The notes below the pieces were generated by a model, which saw only the letters and a program-made list of their open reading frames with translations, was not told the DNA's origin and did not search any database. Positions 43,749 through 54,447 of a stretch of DNA of 64,000 nucleotides are shown in pieces. Within the stretch, counting starts at the first letter, position 1; each line of letters starts with the position of its first letter. Position numbers and translations under genes: made by a program. This stretch comes from an uncultured Nitrososphaerales archaeon (GTDB taxonomy: Archaea > Thermoproteota > Nitrososphaeria > Nitrososphaerales > Nitrososphaeraceae): NCBI GenBank assembly GCA_963695855.1, contig CAVOHZ010000003.1, positions 420,619 to 484,618 on the forward strand. Reading direction: 5' to 3'.

Positions 43749-44771
43749 ATGAAATATATTGTTTTATTATATGTTCTATTTACAATGTTAGTTACTTCCA
43801 TAATAATTAGTGGTAACCTTGTTTACGCTAAAGATCCTTCTCCAAGTAATAATCTCATAGAAAAGGAAAAATCTTTCAACATAGCAATTGCGTCGGATTG
43901 GGGATGTAATGAAGACGCTAAAAAGACCTCGCAAAATATCCAAAATAAGAATCCTGAACTTGTAATTGCTGGAGGGGATCTAAGTTACGAGAAATCCGGA
44001 GATTGTTGGTCTAATCAAATTTCACCATTTAAATCAAAATTAAAGATAGCGATGGGAGACCATGAATATAGTGATACAAAAGGTGGTAAGATAGGTGTAA
44101 TTAATGAATATTTGGATCCTCTTAATTTAGGGAAAACTTATTATTCTATTAATTTGAATAATGCCCACCTTGTTTTTATAGATCCTTATCTTGATTATGG
44201 TCCTGGATCAGATCAATATCAATTCATTGCAAATGATTTAAAGAATGCTTTTAAAAATCCGAAAATAGACTGGACATTCGTTGTAGAACATATTCCATTT
44301 TATACTTCTCCTTCAAAACATCCATCTGATTCTTCTATTCGGAATGTATTTCATCCATTATTTGATAAATATGGTGTTGATTTAGTATTTAGTGGAGATA
44401 ACCATAACTATCAAAGAACTTTTCCACTAAAATATAACAATAATGGTGACAATTCTAATCCTTTAGTATCCAATAAAAATACAAATGAATATAACAATGA
44501 TGATGGAGTGATTTATATTATTTCTGGTACTGCAGGACGATCTCATTATGAAATTAAAGAACAATCATCTTTTATCTCAAAACAAGATGATAAAAATTTT
44601 GGATTTCTAAATATTGATATAAAAGGTAAGTCATTGAAAGGAATTTTCTATGCAAATCCAGTGTCAAATTATAAAGATATTAGTACAGGTAATAATAATG
44701 ACAGGATAATAGATCAATTTAGCATTTCAAATGAAAATAACGGGGCAGACAATAAATCTAATAACCTTTGA
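43749..44771 (+). CDS. Secreted metallophosphoesterase (purple acid phosphatase-like)
   Basis: Signal peptide; SDW, GDLSY, GDHE, VEH and GDNHNYQR (variant metal ligands). Confidence 0.92.
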   Translation: MKYIVLLYVLFTMLVTSIIISGNLVYAKDPSPSNNLIEKEKSFNIAIASDWGCNEDAKKTSQNIQNKNPELVIAGGDLSYEKSGDCWSNQISPFKSKLKIAMGDHEYSDTKGGKIGVINEYLDPLNLGKTYYSINLNNAHLVFIDPYLDYGPGSDQYQFIANDLKNAFKNPKIDWTFVVEHIPFYTSPSKHPSDSSIRNVFHPLFDKYGVDLVFSGDNHNYQRTFPLKYNNNGDNSNPLVSNKNTNEYNNDDGVIYIISGTAGRSHYEIKEQSSFISKQDDKNFGFLNIDIKGKSLKGIFYANPVSNYKDISTGNNNDRIIDQFSISNENNGADNKSNNL

Positions 44772-45299
44772 GACGAAGTACCTGTATTTTTTTTTATGTA
44801 ATACAGAGCTGTTTAGCACTGAGATATTAGACAATTAATTAAGCTATACAATTCAATTTTCAAAAATGTATTATTACATAACTCGTTGTTAGGGATTATT
44901 ACTCGACTGCAGAAGGAAGATAACAAGGAGTGTTATTTCGGCTCTGACTATATGAAAATCTTTATTGCGTATCAATCCCTCTTGTATACAGGCTAGGTTC
45001 AAACTTAACATACTCCGTATGAGAGTAAGGCTCTGACTGAACCAAGAGTAAGGCTCTGACTGAACCAATATCCGAGCGGCTATACAAGTACCTCATAAAG
45101 AAGGTGGATGGATTTTTGCCGCCTGCAAGCCTAAATAAAAAAAGAAAACAGAACATAAAAAAAATGAATGAAAAATTAATGAAAAGAAACATATCTAGCA
45201 TAGGCTACTTTAGATAATTTTTAATACTACGAATATTATAGAATATTGCGCTTGACAGGAACATAAGGATAACATAATACAGATGGAGATTTTCATGGG

Positions 45300-45815
45300 T
45301 GTTAATGTTAGGTTAACGATGTTGTTGTTTATCATCATTGTTGGATATAGTGACTTTACACCCAATACGTACACCCTTTGTTGATAGTATCCTTTTGTTG
45401 GTTCTATAACATACCCACCTGTGTAACTCTTCTTTTTTAATAGTTCTTGTTGTTTTGGTTCTCCGAACTCTCTTTTTATTATATTGGTCCACTACGTAGA
45501 CACACCAGTATGAGAAACTCTATCAAAAGGTAATCTGGTAATAATAGAAATTGCATTCATCAAATCTAAGATTTCATAATTATTATGTTTAGATAATTTT
45601 ATTGCAAGATTAGCGTCATGGATAATATATTGCAATAGTTTATCTTTTGGAATGCTTTGAACATCACACCAGTTCAAATTTTCATATTTACCTTCGTTTA
45701 TAATTGCTTTCGATACTGATTCAAGACTTAGGTCATTGTATTTATTATTGTAAATTATTGATTTTACCATGGTTTCTTGTATACATTGTAAAGGTCGACA
45801 TGATAATACCAGTCA
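45300..45815 (-). pseudogene. Family B DNA polymerase internal fragment
   Basis: HVDLYNVY, LSLESVSK, LLQY..HDA (ExoIII-like), then past a TAG: YTGGYVIEPTKG....VLGVKSLYPTMMI..NI (motif A with D to G). Confidence 0.85.
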
Positions 45816-46632
45816 AATTTGTTTTGTTGTAAATAATAGTCAATTTCAGTCGGGTTCGGTGCAAATCATGAGGAATTCCACATGAGTTAACAATATCGAT
45901 ACAACAATAAAATTATAAAATCATATGTATTAATTAACTTCATTTTCTGTTTATATTTTTATGTGTTGATTATCTGTTCTATAAAATATATGTGTAAAGT
46001 ATCTTAAAATTTGTTAGATTGTTCATCATTGTCTTTTTCTTTTTGCTTACTGCAATAAAAGATGTTTGAGGTATCACATTTTCTACTTTTTTTCGTTGAC
46101 TTTACATAATCCTTCCAGTTCAAGACTTTTCGATCGACTATAGAATAGACCATGTAGAGTTGGTAGACAACAATCTTGGCTTCGCACATTCTGCAGGAAC
46201 TACATTCATGAAGATAATACAATATACTTTAGTTACTCATCGATCTACCTTTGTTATTAAAAATTTAAGTTCTATTTGCCAACCCAGCAAGGATTTAGAT
46301 CAATATAGCTGTACATATTTTCTATTATAAATAAAGATAAACCACTTTATCGTAATTGAATTTACATCCTTCGTAAACTTACCAAGCGGTTCCGGAACGA
46401 AGAAGGTGATCATTTCTACCCCCTTCTACTGCGGAATTATTGAAAATTTTGATTTTATATTGACAATATCGCTAGAGTAATAGATTTATAAATTTATAAA
46501 AATATTTTTTTAAATTGTTATAATATCATGAGAAAATAGAAAGATAGAACTATTGATACTATCTATATTATATAGCAATACTTTAAAAAATAGAAATGTG
46601 ATTAATTATACTAAGAAGTGAAGTAAAACAAA

Positions 46633-46767
46633 ATGAACGTTAGATCGTGCTATGGCTGCGATATTCCAATATATTGGCATCCCTCAAAGGGAGAATATTT
46701 GGAAGTGCAGACCAACAAGAAACATATTTGTGAATATCTAGAAAAAATACAACAAATACAAAAATAA
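46633..46767 (+). CDS. 44-aa zinc-finger microprotein
   Basis: Manual translation MNVRSCYGCDIPIYWHPSKGEYLEVQTNKKHICEYLEKIQQIQK (CxxC...HxC). Confidence 0.65.
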   Translation: MNVRSCYGCDIPIYWHPSKGEYLEVQTNKKHICEYLEKIQQIQK

Positions 46768-47183
46768 TAGTATTTCTATTTATCTATCTATTTATTCCAC
46801 AGACATAACATAATATAATATTTTATCATGTTAAATTACATGATAAAATAAAAAACAAATTTTTATTCTAAAAGCATATCCCAAGGATTATAAGGATAAG
46901 GAATTACAGGATGCAAGAAAAATATTTCAGCAATTAATGCTCCAAAAGGATGAAGAAATAAAATTAATAAAAACAGAACAATTAACTTATAAAGAGATGA
47001 TAAGAAGTGAAGTAGAAGACCACACAATATACAATGTCATAAAGTAACCAATGAGGTAGAACAACAAATTCTGGATTTACGTATAGCAAAAAGATTTGGA
47101 TGTAACCGGATCAGATTCAGGTAATAAATTGATTAAAAAAGAAAAGAGATACTTAGAGGTATTCTTCTATAAATATATTCATC

Positions 47184-47752
47184 TTGAGCTTAAAAAGTAC
47201 CAATATTTCGAATTTTATGTCAAGTAATGTGAAGACAAGTCAATTAACAAGACCATTATTCCAAATATGCCAAATTATGAAAAATAACAATATCGGCAGT
47301 CTTATAGTAGTAAATGAATCTAATGATCCTGTTCGAATAATCACAGAACGAGAGATAGTATACTGTAATGCGCAAGAAGAAGATACTCTACAATTACAAT
47401 CACAAAAGATTTACAATTACAATCACAAAAGATAATGACTTCACTAATTACAATTAAAGATTCTAATTCGTTAATAGAGGCCTTACAAATTATGCATTCA
47501 CATAACTTTAGAAGACTACCAGTAATTAATAATGAACAAAAACTAATTGGAATAATTACTGATAAAGATATAATTAAAGCCATTCTGAGTAATAAAGACT
47601 TGTTGTCTGATTATTATGACAGTAAAGAGTTTGAACCTTCTTATTCTATTTTGGAACAATTTCGGGATCGGATTTTTGATACTATTTATAACCTTGATTA
47701 TTTTCCATTTTTTTCTTCGTATCCAAACAATCTATTCAATATAGATTTATAA
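47184..47752 (+). pseudogene. CBS-pair protein split by a 23-bp tandem duplication
   Basis: IITERE and GIITDKD CBS motifs in two frames; TACAATTACAATCACAAAAGAT repeated at 47389 and 47412. Confidence 0.85.
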
Positions 47753-47980
47753 AAAATAAAAGTGTGAGATTTTATTGAGCAATGGAGATATGTTACCTAT
47801 TGGTAATAAAAACAAGTAAGAACAAACCTCATAGATTAAATCTCTAGAATCTCCAATTAAAAATATGACAGAAAGTAAAAATTTTATTAATATTATCGAT
47901 TAAAACTTGAAAATCTAGTTAAGTAATCTTGTCGCTAATATTGATTATTGAATTGCTATTACATTATTAATTTTCATGCT

Positions 47981-48829
47981 TATACCAATTAAGATAAATG
48001 TGTTTACTTACTCACCTCTAACCAGGTAATTTTTCATATCCAGATTGAATCTTTTTGTTCTAAAATATTTAGATATTTTATTTCTGAAATTGGTAAAGGA
48101 TGAATAGTATTGTTGTAGAACAAGCAGTTCGTTTTTGGCTATTTCATCTTTTCTTATCCAGACTCTTCTTACAAGAGAGTCATAGAAGAAAAATGATTCA
48201 TCTGTTGATACTACTGTGAACCCTGCCTGCTGGTGGTGTAGACTATCCAGTATCTTTCTGGCTCTTTTTTAAAACGTTCTTTCTCTTCTTTTGATGCAGT
48301 ATTTACATGTACTTTTCTTGGTACTTTCTGTTTGTATCCCCATTTTCGAAGTAATGTGTAGATGTAAATCTGATCATATTGTACACCGCTTTCTCTGACT
48401 ATGATATCATTAACCTGTTTTGTAGTCCAACCTTCTTTGCTAGATGAGAGTTGGCTTTTTATCTCATATACTGTCTCTTCTGGTATGTCAGGTGGTCTGC
48501 CAGTCTTTGATCTTTCTTTTAATCCTTCTATACCTTCTTCCCTGTACCTCTTTAACCAGTTTGAAGCTCATGTTCTACTTCTGTGAATATCCCTTGCAAC
48601 CTGTGCAGGGACCCTTTTGTCATATACTACACTTAAAACAAGCAACATTCTTTCCTTTACTCTAGTATCATGTTCAGATCTGTATATTTTCTAAAACCTT
48701 GTTTTTGATACCGTTGTTGTAGTCAAATGAATAGGTTGTATGCTTGCTATCTTAGCTATATCCATAATTATCTAAATTGTGTGACAATAATGTTAAATTA
48801 ATGTCCGAATACTTATATTAATTGGTATA
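47981..48829 (-). mobile_element. IS630 family element, internally deleted and non-autonomous
   Basis: Same TATACCAATTAA termini as 15712-16844; about 300 bp of the DDE region is missing near 48143. Confidence 0.9.
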
Positions 48830-48953
48830 GCTGAGGATATCCTCTCATATTCTATGAAAACTATGAAAGTAAATTGATTTTAGTTTATTGAAGATAAAGG
48901 GTTACAAATATAAATAAATCTTGTCAAATATATTACTATTATAATATAATACC

Positions 48954-50309
48954 ATGAGATCATCCTTTCAAACTGATAATAAAGGCTTTCTGAATTTTGA
49001 ATCTTTATACATATGGAAACAGCTAAAAGAGAATAGGGGAACGGGCTTACCTTGGTACTTCGCTGTGTCAACAAATCGGATGCCTGCCAAATACTTGATT
49101 TCCAGATCCATACCCTGTAAATTTATGGATTTATCAGGCATAAATGAACAAAAACTTTGGGAAGAATTTACAAATCTAACAAAAATATTCCTAGAGAGGT
49201 GGAAATCAATAAGATCTGAAGAAACTGACATAATAACCGAATTAAAACAACATAAGAAAACCTCACTACTGGATTTGACTGTTGAGCTTGTCAAACGCAT
49301 GCTAACACACTGCAACTTTTGTCGCTGGAATTGTCAGATTGACCGATCTAATCAACTAACAGTTAATGAAGACGGATCATGCCAGACTAAAACACATAAA
49401 AAGCGTGGTACTTGTCAGCTTGAATCAACTTCTAAAGTAAGCAGTTATTTTCATCATCGTGGTGAGGAACTTATTTTCAGAGGAACCAATGGATCAGGAA
49501 CAATTTTTTTTACAAGCTGCAATATGAGGTGCTCTTTTTGTCAAAATGGAGATATAAGCACAGACAAGGAAAATGGTATTCTTATTACCCCAAATAATTT
49601 AGCCTTAATGATTTGGCAGCTTAGAATGGAAGGATGTCATAATATTAACTGGGTTGGGGGTGATCCAACTATACACCTCCATACCATTACACAGGCAATA
49701 AGTATGCTCGACTCCTTCAAGATAGACTGGATAAATAATATAAAGGATCTTGATTATATTGAATCGGTCAAATCTGATAAATATTTTGACAATTCACCTC
49801 CTGATTCGGGATATGCATTCTATAAACAGTCTATATTCAATAGTCCACAGCTCTGGAACTCGAACTTCTTTATGAGTAGTGAGACAATGAGTATTCTGCG
49901 CACACTCATGGACGGCTGGCTACCAGACTTCAAGTTTGGTCCTGGCAAATGTGCGTTAGACCTTTCTAGAACTCCTTGGTACTGGGAAACTGTAACTAAA
50001 AATCTAAAACTTGTGCATCGATGGGGAGAGGATTTTGTAATACGTCATCTAGTAATGCCCAATCATATTGAGTGTTGTACTAATCCTGTTTTAGAGTGGA
50101 TTGCCAAGAATATGCCAGAAGTTCAGATCAACATTATGGATCAATACCATCCAGACAATCTATGTAATCCATTGTCCCCAAAATATAAAGATCGGTATAA
50201 TGAAATTGCAAGATCTCCCACCAAAGAAGAAATAAAAAGAGCATACAGATATGCTAATGATCTAAATCTTAACTTTAAACCATTATCTTTTGAGAAAAAT
50301 GTCTATTGA
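48954..50309 (+). CDS. Radical SAM protein, PflX-like
   Basis: C.FC.W.C..DR, GSGTIFFTSCNMRCSFCQN (CxxxCxxC), HNINWVGGDPT, LPDFKFG, IRHLVMPNH.ECC. Confidence 0.93.
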   Translation: MRSSFQTDNKGFLNFESLYIWKQLKENRGTGLPWYFAVSTNRMPAKYLISRSIPCKFMDLSGINEQKLWEEFTNLTKIFLERWKSIRSEETDIITELKQHKKTSLLDLTVELVKRMLTHCNFCRWNCQIDRSNQLTVNEDGSCQTKTHKKRGTCQLESTSKVSSYFHHRGEELIFRGTNGSGTIFFTSCNMRCSFCQNGDISTDKENGILITPNNLALMIWQLRMEGCHNINWVGGDPTIHLHTITQAISMLDSFKIDWINNIKDLDYIESVKSDKYFDNSPPDSGYAFYKQSIFNSPQLWNSNFFMSSETMSILRTLMDGWLPDFKFGPGKCALDLSRTPWYWETVTKNLKLVHRWGEDFVIRHLVMPNHIECCTNPVLEWIAKNMPEVQINIMDQYHPDNLCNPLSPKYKDRYNEIARSPTKEEIKRAYRYANDLNLNFKPLSFEKNVY

Positions 50310-50532
50310 ATATTGATAGAATAAGGATTTAAGTGGATTTAGATGTGTAGCCTTTATAATTTATTATTACAAATTGCATACATCAGAAATCAGCTGTAAT
50401 ACGGACTGAAAGGGGACTCAACTGTTTTTGACACAATTTTGTAGTTCGCCAAATTCTATGATAGGATTGTGTTTGAATTGTTATCATAATATAGTATCTT
50501 ATTTTTTTGAATCTATCTAAACCACGAATAAA

Positions 50533-50556
50533 GCGCGGGGAGTGGGATTCGAACCC
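50533..50556 (-). other. tRNA 3'-end fragment (att-like scar)
   Basis: Reverse complement GGGTTCGAATCCCACTCCCCGCGC; no 5' half present. Confidence 0.75.
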
Positions 50557-50638
50557 CTGTTCATCAAATGTGGGTTCTGTATTCTGATATTAAAAGATAT
50601 TCAAATAACAAAGATATTTCTATTCAATTATTAATTAT

Positions 50639-51214
50639 CTAAAAAAAATATCTAGTAGCAAAGTTTGACATTATGAATATTATTATAAACTGAAGAATTG
50701 CCTGAGTTGCAACAACTTTGACATATCTACGCATAAGTTTTTGAATTTTATTCATATCCGGTTCCTTTTTCCTTAACTCATAATATACTCTAATGTTAGT
50801 TGGAAGAAGAATACCAAGTCCTTGAACAAGCATAACAGTGACAATAATTAGTATCGTTATAATCCAGTATACGATTGGAGATTCTAAAGTAATCAAACCC
50901 ATTTTTGATGCGAGAAAGTAACCAGCAGTAGTTGTAACAGATGATACAGTTGGCATATAAAAAACCATTTTTGGCATAAGCCATGAGATGATTTCCTTAC
51001 GCGTTGAAAGGCTTACCTTTCGAAGTATAGGACCAAGCAAAAATGCCATAAAGATATCTGTTCCAGTCCATAATATTGAAGTAAATACGTGAACGTAATT
51101 TAAGAGCAGAAGGTTAGCAGTCACTATTGCTACAATTAAGGCGCCAATTGGAATAACAATCCATATGTTTGAGCGTAATGATATTGTCGGTGGTTTTTGT
51201 ATTGCAGTATCCAA
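50639..51214 (-). CDS. Multi-pass membrane protein
   Basis: About five TMs; YVHV....LWTG.D.F..F.LGP. Confidence 0.8.
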   Translation of the reverse strand: MDTAIQKPPTISLRSNIWIVIPIGALIVAIVTANLLLLNYVHVFTSILWTGTDIFMAFLLGPILRKVSLSTRKEIISWLMPKMVFYMPTVSSVTTTAGYFLASKMGLITLESPIVYWIITILIIVTVMLVQGLGILLPTNIRVYYELRKKEPDMNKIQKLMRRYVKVVATQAILQFIIIFIMSNFATRYFF

Positions 51215-51404
51215 TTGAATATGCTACTTGCATAACTTGATACCTTTTATTTATGTCTTATAATTCTTATATCGTAGTTTTCAAGTTCTCGTATTTCTTT
51301 CAAAAAATACTGCATATGATAAAATATTAAACATTATTACAAAATAGAAGAATATTATTATAATAAAAATAAGAATAAATATTATTATTCCAAAAAAAAC
51401 AATT

Positions 51405-52088
51405 ATGGGAAGTAACGAATTGCCAGAACAAAACAAGAAAAAATATCATAAAAATTTACAAAGAGCAAATGAAATTAATAAACAAATTATAGAAGGTGGT
51501 TGGGATAATTATTACAAAAACGAAAAAATAGAAGAAATTCCTTGGGTTGATAAAGAACTAGATTTTGACTTAGAAGAGGAACTAAATATTCTGCAATTAA
51601 ATAATGGAGTTTTTCTAGATCTTGGAACTGGTACAGGAACTCAAGCAATTCAACTTGCACAAAGAGGATTTAATATCATTGCATCAGATATTTCCGAGAC
51701 TATCATTAAAAAAAATAAGATTAATTATGAAAATAAATATCCAAATATAAAGTTTATAGTAGACAATATTCTTTATTCAAATCTCGAGGATGATTATTTT
51801 GATTTTATTTTTGATAGAGGTTGTTTTCATCTTTTTACCAAAGAGGATAGATCAAAATACTACAAAGAGGCTAAAAGGATACTAAAAGAAAAAGGAATAT
51901 TATTTCTAAAATGTCTTAGTTCGGAAGAACCAGTTATAAATGCAGGGTATAAATTTTCTACTGAAGAGATTAATGATATTTTTGGAGGCGATTTTACGAT
52001 CCAAAAAATAAAGAAAACATTCTATCGAGGTACTTTTGATCCTTTACCAAAAGCATTGTTTGCTGTGATGAGATTAATAAAAAAGTAA
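51405..52088 (+). CDS. Class I SAM-dependent methyltransferase
   Basis: FLDLGTGTG and FDFIFDRGCFH. Confidence 0.92.
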   Translation: MGSNELPEQNKKKYHKNLQRANEINKQIIEGGWDNYYKNEKIEEIPWVDKELDFDLEEELNILQLNNGVFLDLGTGTGTQAIQLAQRGFNIIASDISETIIKKNKINYENKYPNIKFIVDNILYSNLEDDYFDFIFDRGCFHLFTKEDRSKYYKEAKRILKEKGILFLKCLSSEEPVINAGYKFSTEEINDIFGGDFTIQKIKKTFYRGTFDPLPKALFAVMRLIKK

Positions 52089-52379
52089 TAATAAATGATT
52101 TTTACATATATTTTTAGGACATATAATTAAAACAATAACAATAATTTAATCGTTATTATTTAAATTTGTTTTCCCTATAAGCTATTTTTCTGCTGAATAT
52201 TTCCATCAATTTTTTCGTATCTTTTTTTATCTACGGACACATAATCTGCAGATGATTTCTTATTATACTTCTTTGAAATGATCTACACTATCAACTCATA
52301 AACTTTATTTCTTCTTCTTCTTGTTTCTATATATTGTTAGATAATTTCTAAGAGATAGAATCTCAATAAATAATAAAAG

Positions 52380-52625
52380 ATAGTTGAAAAACATTATAAT
52401 AATATGGGATAAACTTCATTTCACCTAAGCTTGAGGACAAGAGAATATATCAATGCACAGAAAGAAGACTGGCTTACTGTAATATATCTTCCAAAGAGGG
52501 CTTCATACGCGAATTCAAATGAGAGAAAGATAAACCAGAAGATAAAATTAGACGTATGTACAAACAGAATCTATACCAATATAGATGAACAAAAATATGC
52601 AGTATTAGAATATCTATATAAATAA
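52380..52625 (+). pseudogene. IS630-type DDE transposase remnant, different from the other IS630 copies
   Basis: IIIIWD..., TREYI....WLTVIYLPKRASYANSNE (degenerate LPxYSPxLNPxE). Confidence 0.6.
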
Positions 52626-52826
52626 GAGACGTAGATGGTATATTGACTTTAATAATGATCCTTGACTTATGTTTAAAATGATTTTTATTTTTGACAGCCA
52701 CATTTAAAGTTATTTATAAATAATAAAAAATTTAATTTAATTATAAAATTTATTTAATAGAAAAATTTTAAATAGAAACATAATCATAGCACACATTTAT
52801 AATTTTGATTATATCCATTTTAATTG

Positions 52827-53192
52827 CTATTTTTTATTAAAAACAATCTTAATGTCTCCAGAAGTACTGATCCATCTTCTACCACTTAATGCATTTTTTA
52901 CGTGTCCTTTTAAACTTTTGCGATAATTTTCAATTTTATCATCATCTATTTCTACAAAATCTACATTATCTATTTCTATGTTGAATCCCCCCATGTTGTG
53001 TCCCCCTCTGTTGAATCCCCTATTATTAAAAACAATTTTAATGTCTCCAACGCTTTTAACAAGCCTTGTAGTTAATGCATTTAATATTTCATCTTTTAAA
53101 CTTTTACGACATTCTTCAATATGATCATCAGTTATTCCTGCAAATTCTATATTATCTATCTCTATATTTATTGAATGACTTTTACCACTCAT
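52827..53192 (-). CDS. Hypothetical protein made of two tandem ~50-aa domains
   Basis: NIEIDN..F..I.DD.IE..RKSLK.....AL..R...S.GDIKIVFN occurs twice. Confidence 0.75.
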   Translation of the reverse strand: MSGKSHSINIEIDNIEFAGITDDHIEECRKSLKDEILNALTTRLVKSVGDIKIVFNNRGFNRGGHNMGGFNIEIDNVDFVEIDDDKIENYRKSLKGHVKNALSGRRWISTSGDIKIVFNKK

Positions 53193-53269
53193 TATTCATA
53201 ATTATAAAATACAATATTTAAAATTTTTTAACTCATAAAAATTGGATTAATAAATTAGATTTTATAGGT

Positions 53270-53690
53270 TTGAACTATTACCGCAAAATGGTTGTTTATG
53301 AGAATAAAATAGTTTCTTTATCTTCTGCAAAATTCATAGGATGTGCTGTTATAAGTAGTCTTCATACTCAACATAAAAAAACAGAGGATAATACTATTTT
53401 AAATGATCTAGGTTGGGAAATTTATCCCATTGGAATTTACAATATGGCTAAAATTCATAACAAATGTGCAATTATTCCAATTATCATAACTGAAAACGGA
53501 ATAGCAGATAAAAATGATAGAAATAGAGGTTCATTTATTATTGCTCATCTTGAACAACTAGGAAGAGAAATTAACGACGGGGATAAATATTATTGGTTAT
53601 CTCCATTGGTCTCTATTAGATAACTATGAATGGCAAGAAGGATATAACCCAGAAAGAAAATTTGGATTATTGTATATTGATCATGAAATT
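53270..53690 (+). pseudogene. Glycoside hydrolase family 1 C-terminal fragment
   Basis: NDLGWEIYP.GIY, IITENGIAD, then shifted frame HWSLLDNYEWQEGY....KFGLLYID. Confidence 0.85.
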
Positions 53691-54446
53691 TCACCATCTG
53701 TTTTTTATTTCGTGATAACCTATAATTGGAATAGCATTTATCTCTCCATTTTTATTAAAATATGTTTTATCGTTAACTACTTGTACGAATTTATCAAATA
53801 ATGCTTGTGATACCTCTGGTCCATATGGATCTCCTTTCAAGGCATGGTTAATTTTATAATGTACTCTATCATATGACCATTCCTTGATATCGAATTTAGT
53901 GGTAAACGTAGGTGTCCCATCAGAAAAATATGGTCTGCAATCAGTAGATACAGTATCAGAACCATAATTGGCTATGTATATTGTATTTGTATTTTCATTG
54001 ATAGCAATAGGTGTAGGCTTTTTTCCTACAGGTATGTCTTCTCCTACCTTTGCATTATTCTCTGCAGAAATTACAGATACAGTATCAGAACCACTATTGA
54101 CTACGTATATTGTGTCCGTAGAATAGTTGATATCAATAGCTACAGGCCCATCTCCTACATCAATCTTAGAACTTATTGCAGAATCCAAAGTTTGATTTAC
54201 CATATCATATAATGTTTTATTATGCAAGCTCAGTGCAAACGCAAATGCATTGTTTGTCAATATTATTACAAATGCAAAAGTTACTATCACCAACAGTGTT
54301 AGTAAAACAGATAGTAGTCTGGATGTATCATCTATTTGTTTACGTTTATTCCAATCTAGTTTTTCTAATATTGATGCATTGCCTTTTGAATCAGGGCAAA
54401 GGGTTCCGTTTTCTTGAATTCTCAGATTGAAGTTGACCACTGCCAT
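53691..54446 (-). CDS. YVTN/YncE beta-propeller repeat protein, probably truncated or chimeric
   Basis: IDVGDGPVAI.IN..T.TIYV.N.GSDTVSVI repeats; ends at PIIGYH (polysaccharide deacetylase-like start). Confidence 0.65.
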   Translation of the reverse strand: MAVVNFNLRIQENGTLCPDSKGNASILEKLDWNKRKQIDDTSRLLSVLLTLLVIVTFAFVIILTNNAFAFALSLHNKTLYDMVNQTLDSAISSKIDVGDGPVAIDINYSTDTIYVVNSGSDTVSVISAENNAKVGEDIPVGKKPTPIAINENTNTIYIANYGSDTVSTDCRPYFSDGTPTFTTKFDIKEWSYDRVHYKINHALKGDPYGPEVSQALFDKFVQVVNDKTYFNKNGEINAIPIIGYHEIKNRW

Positions 54447-54447
54447 C

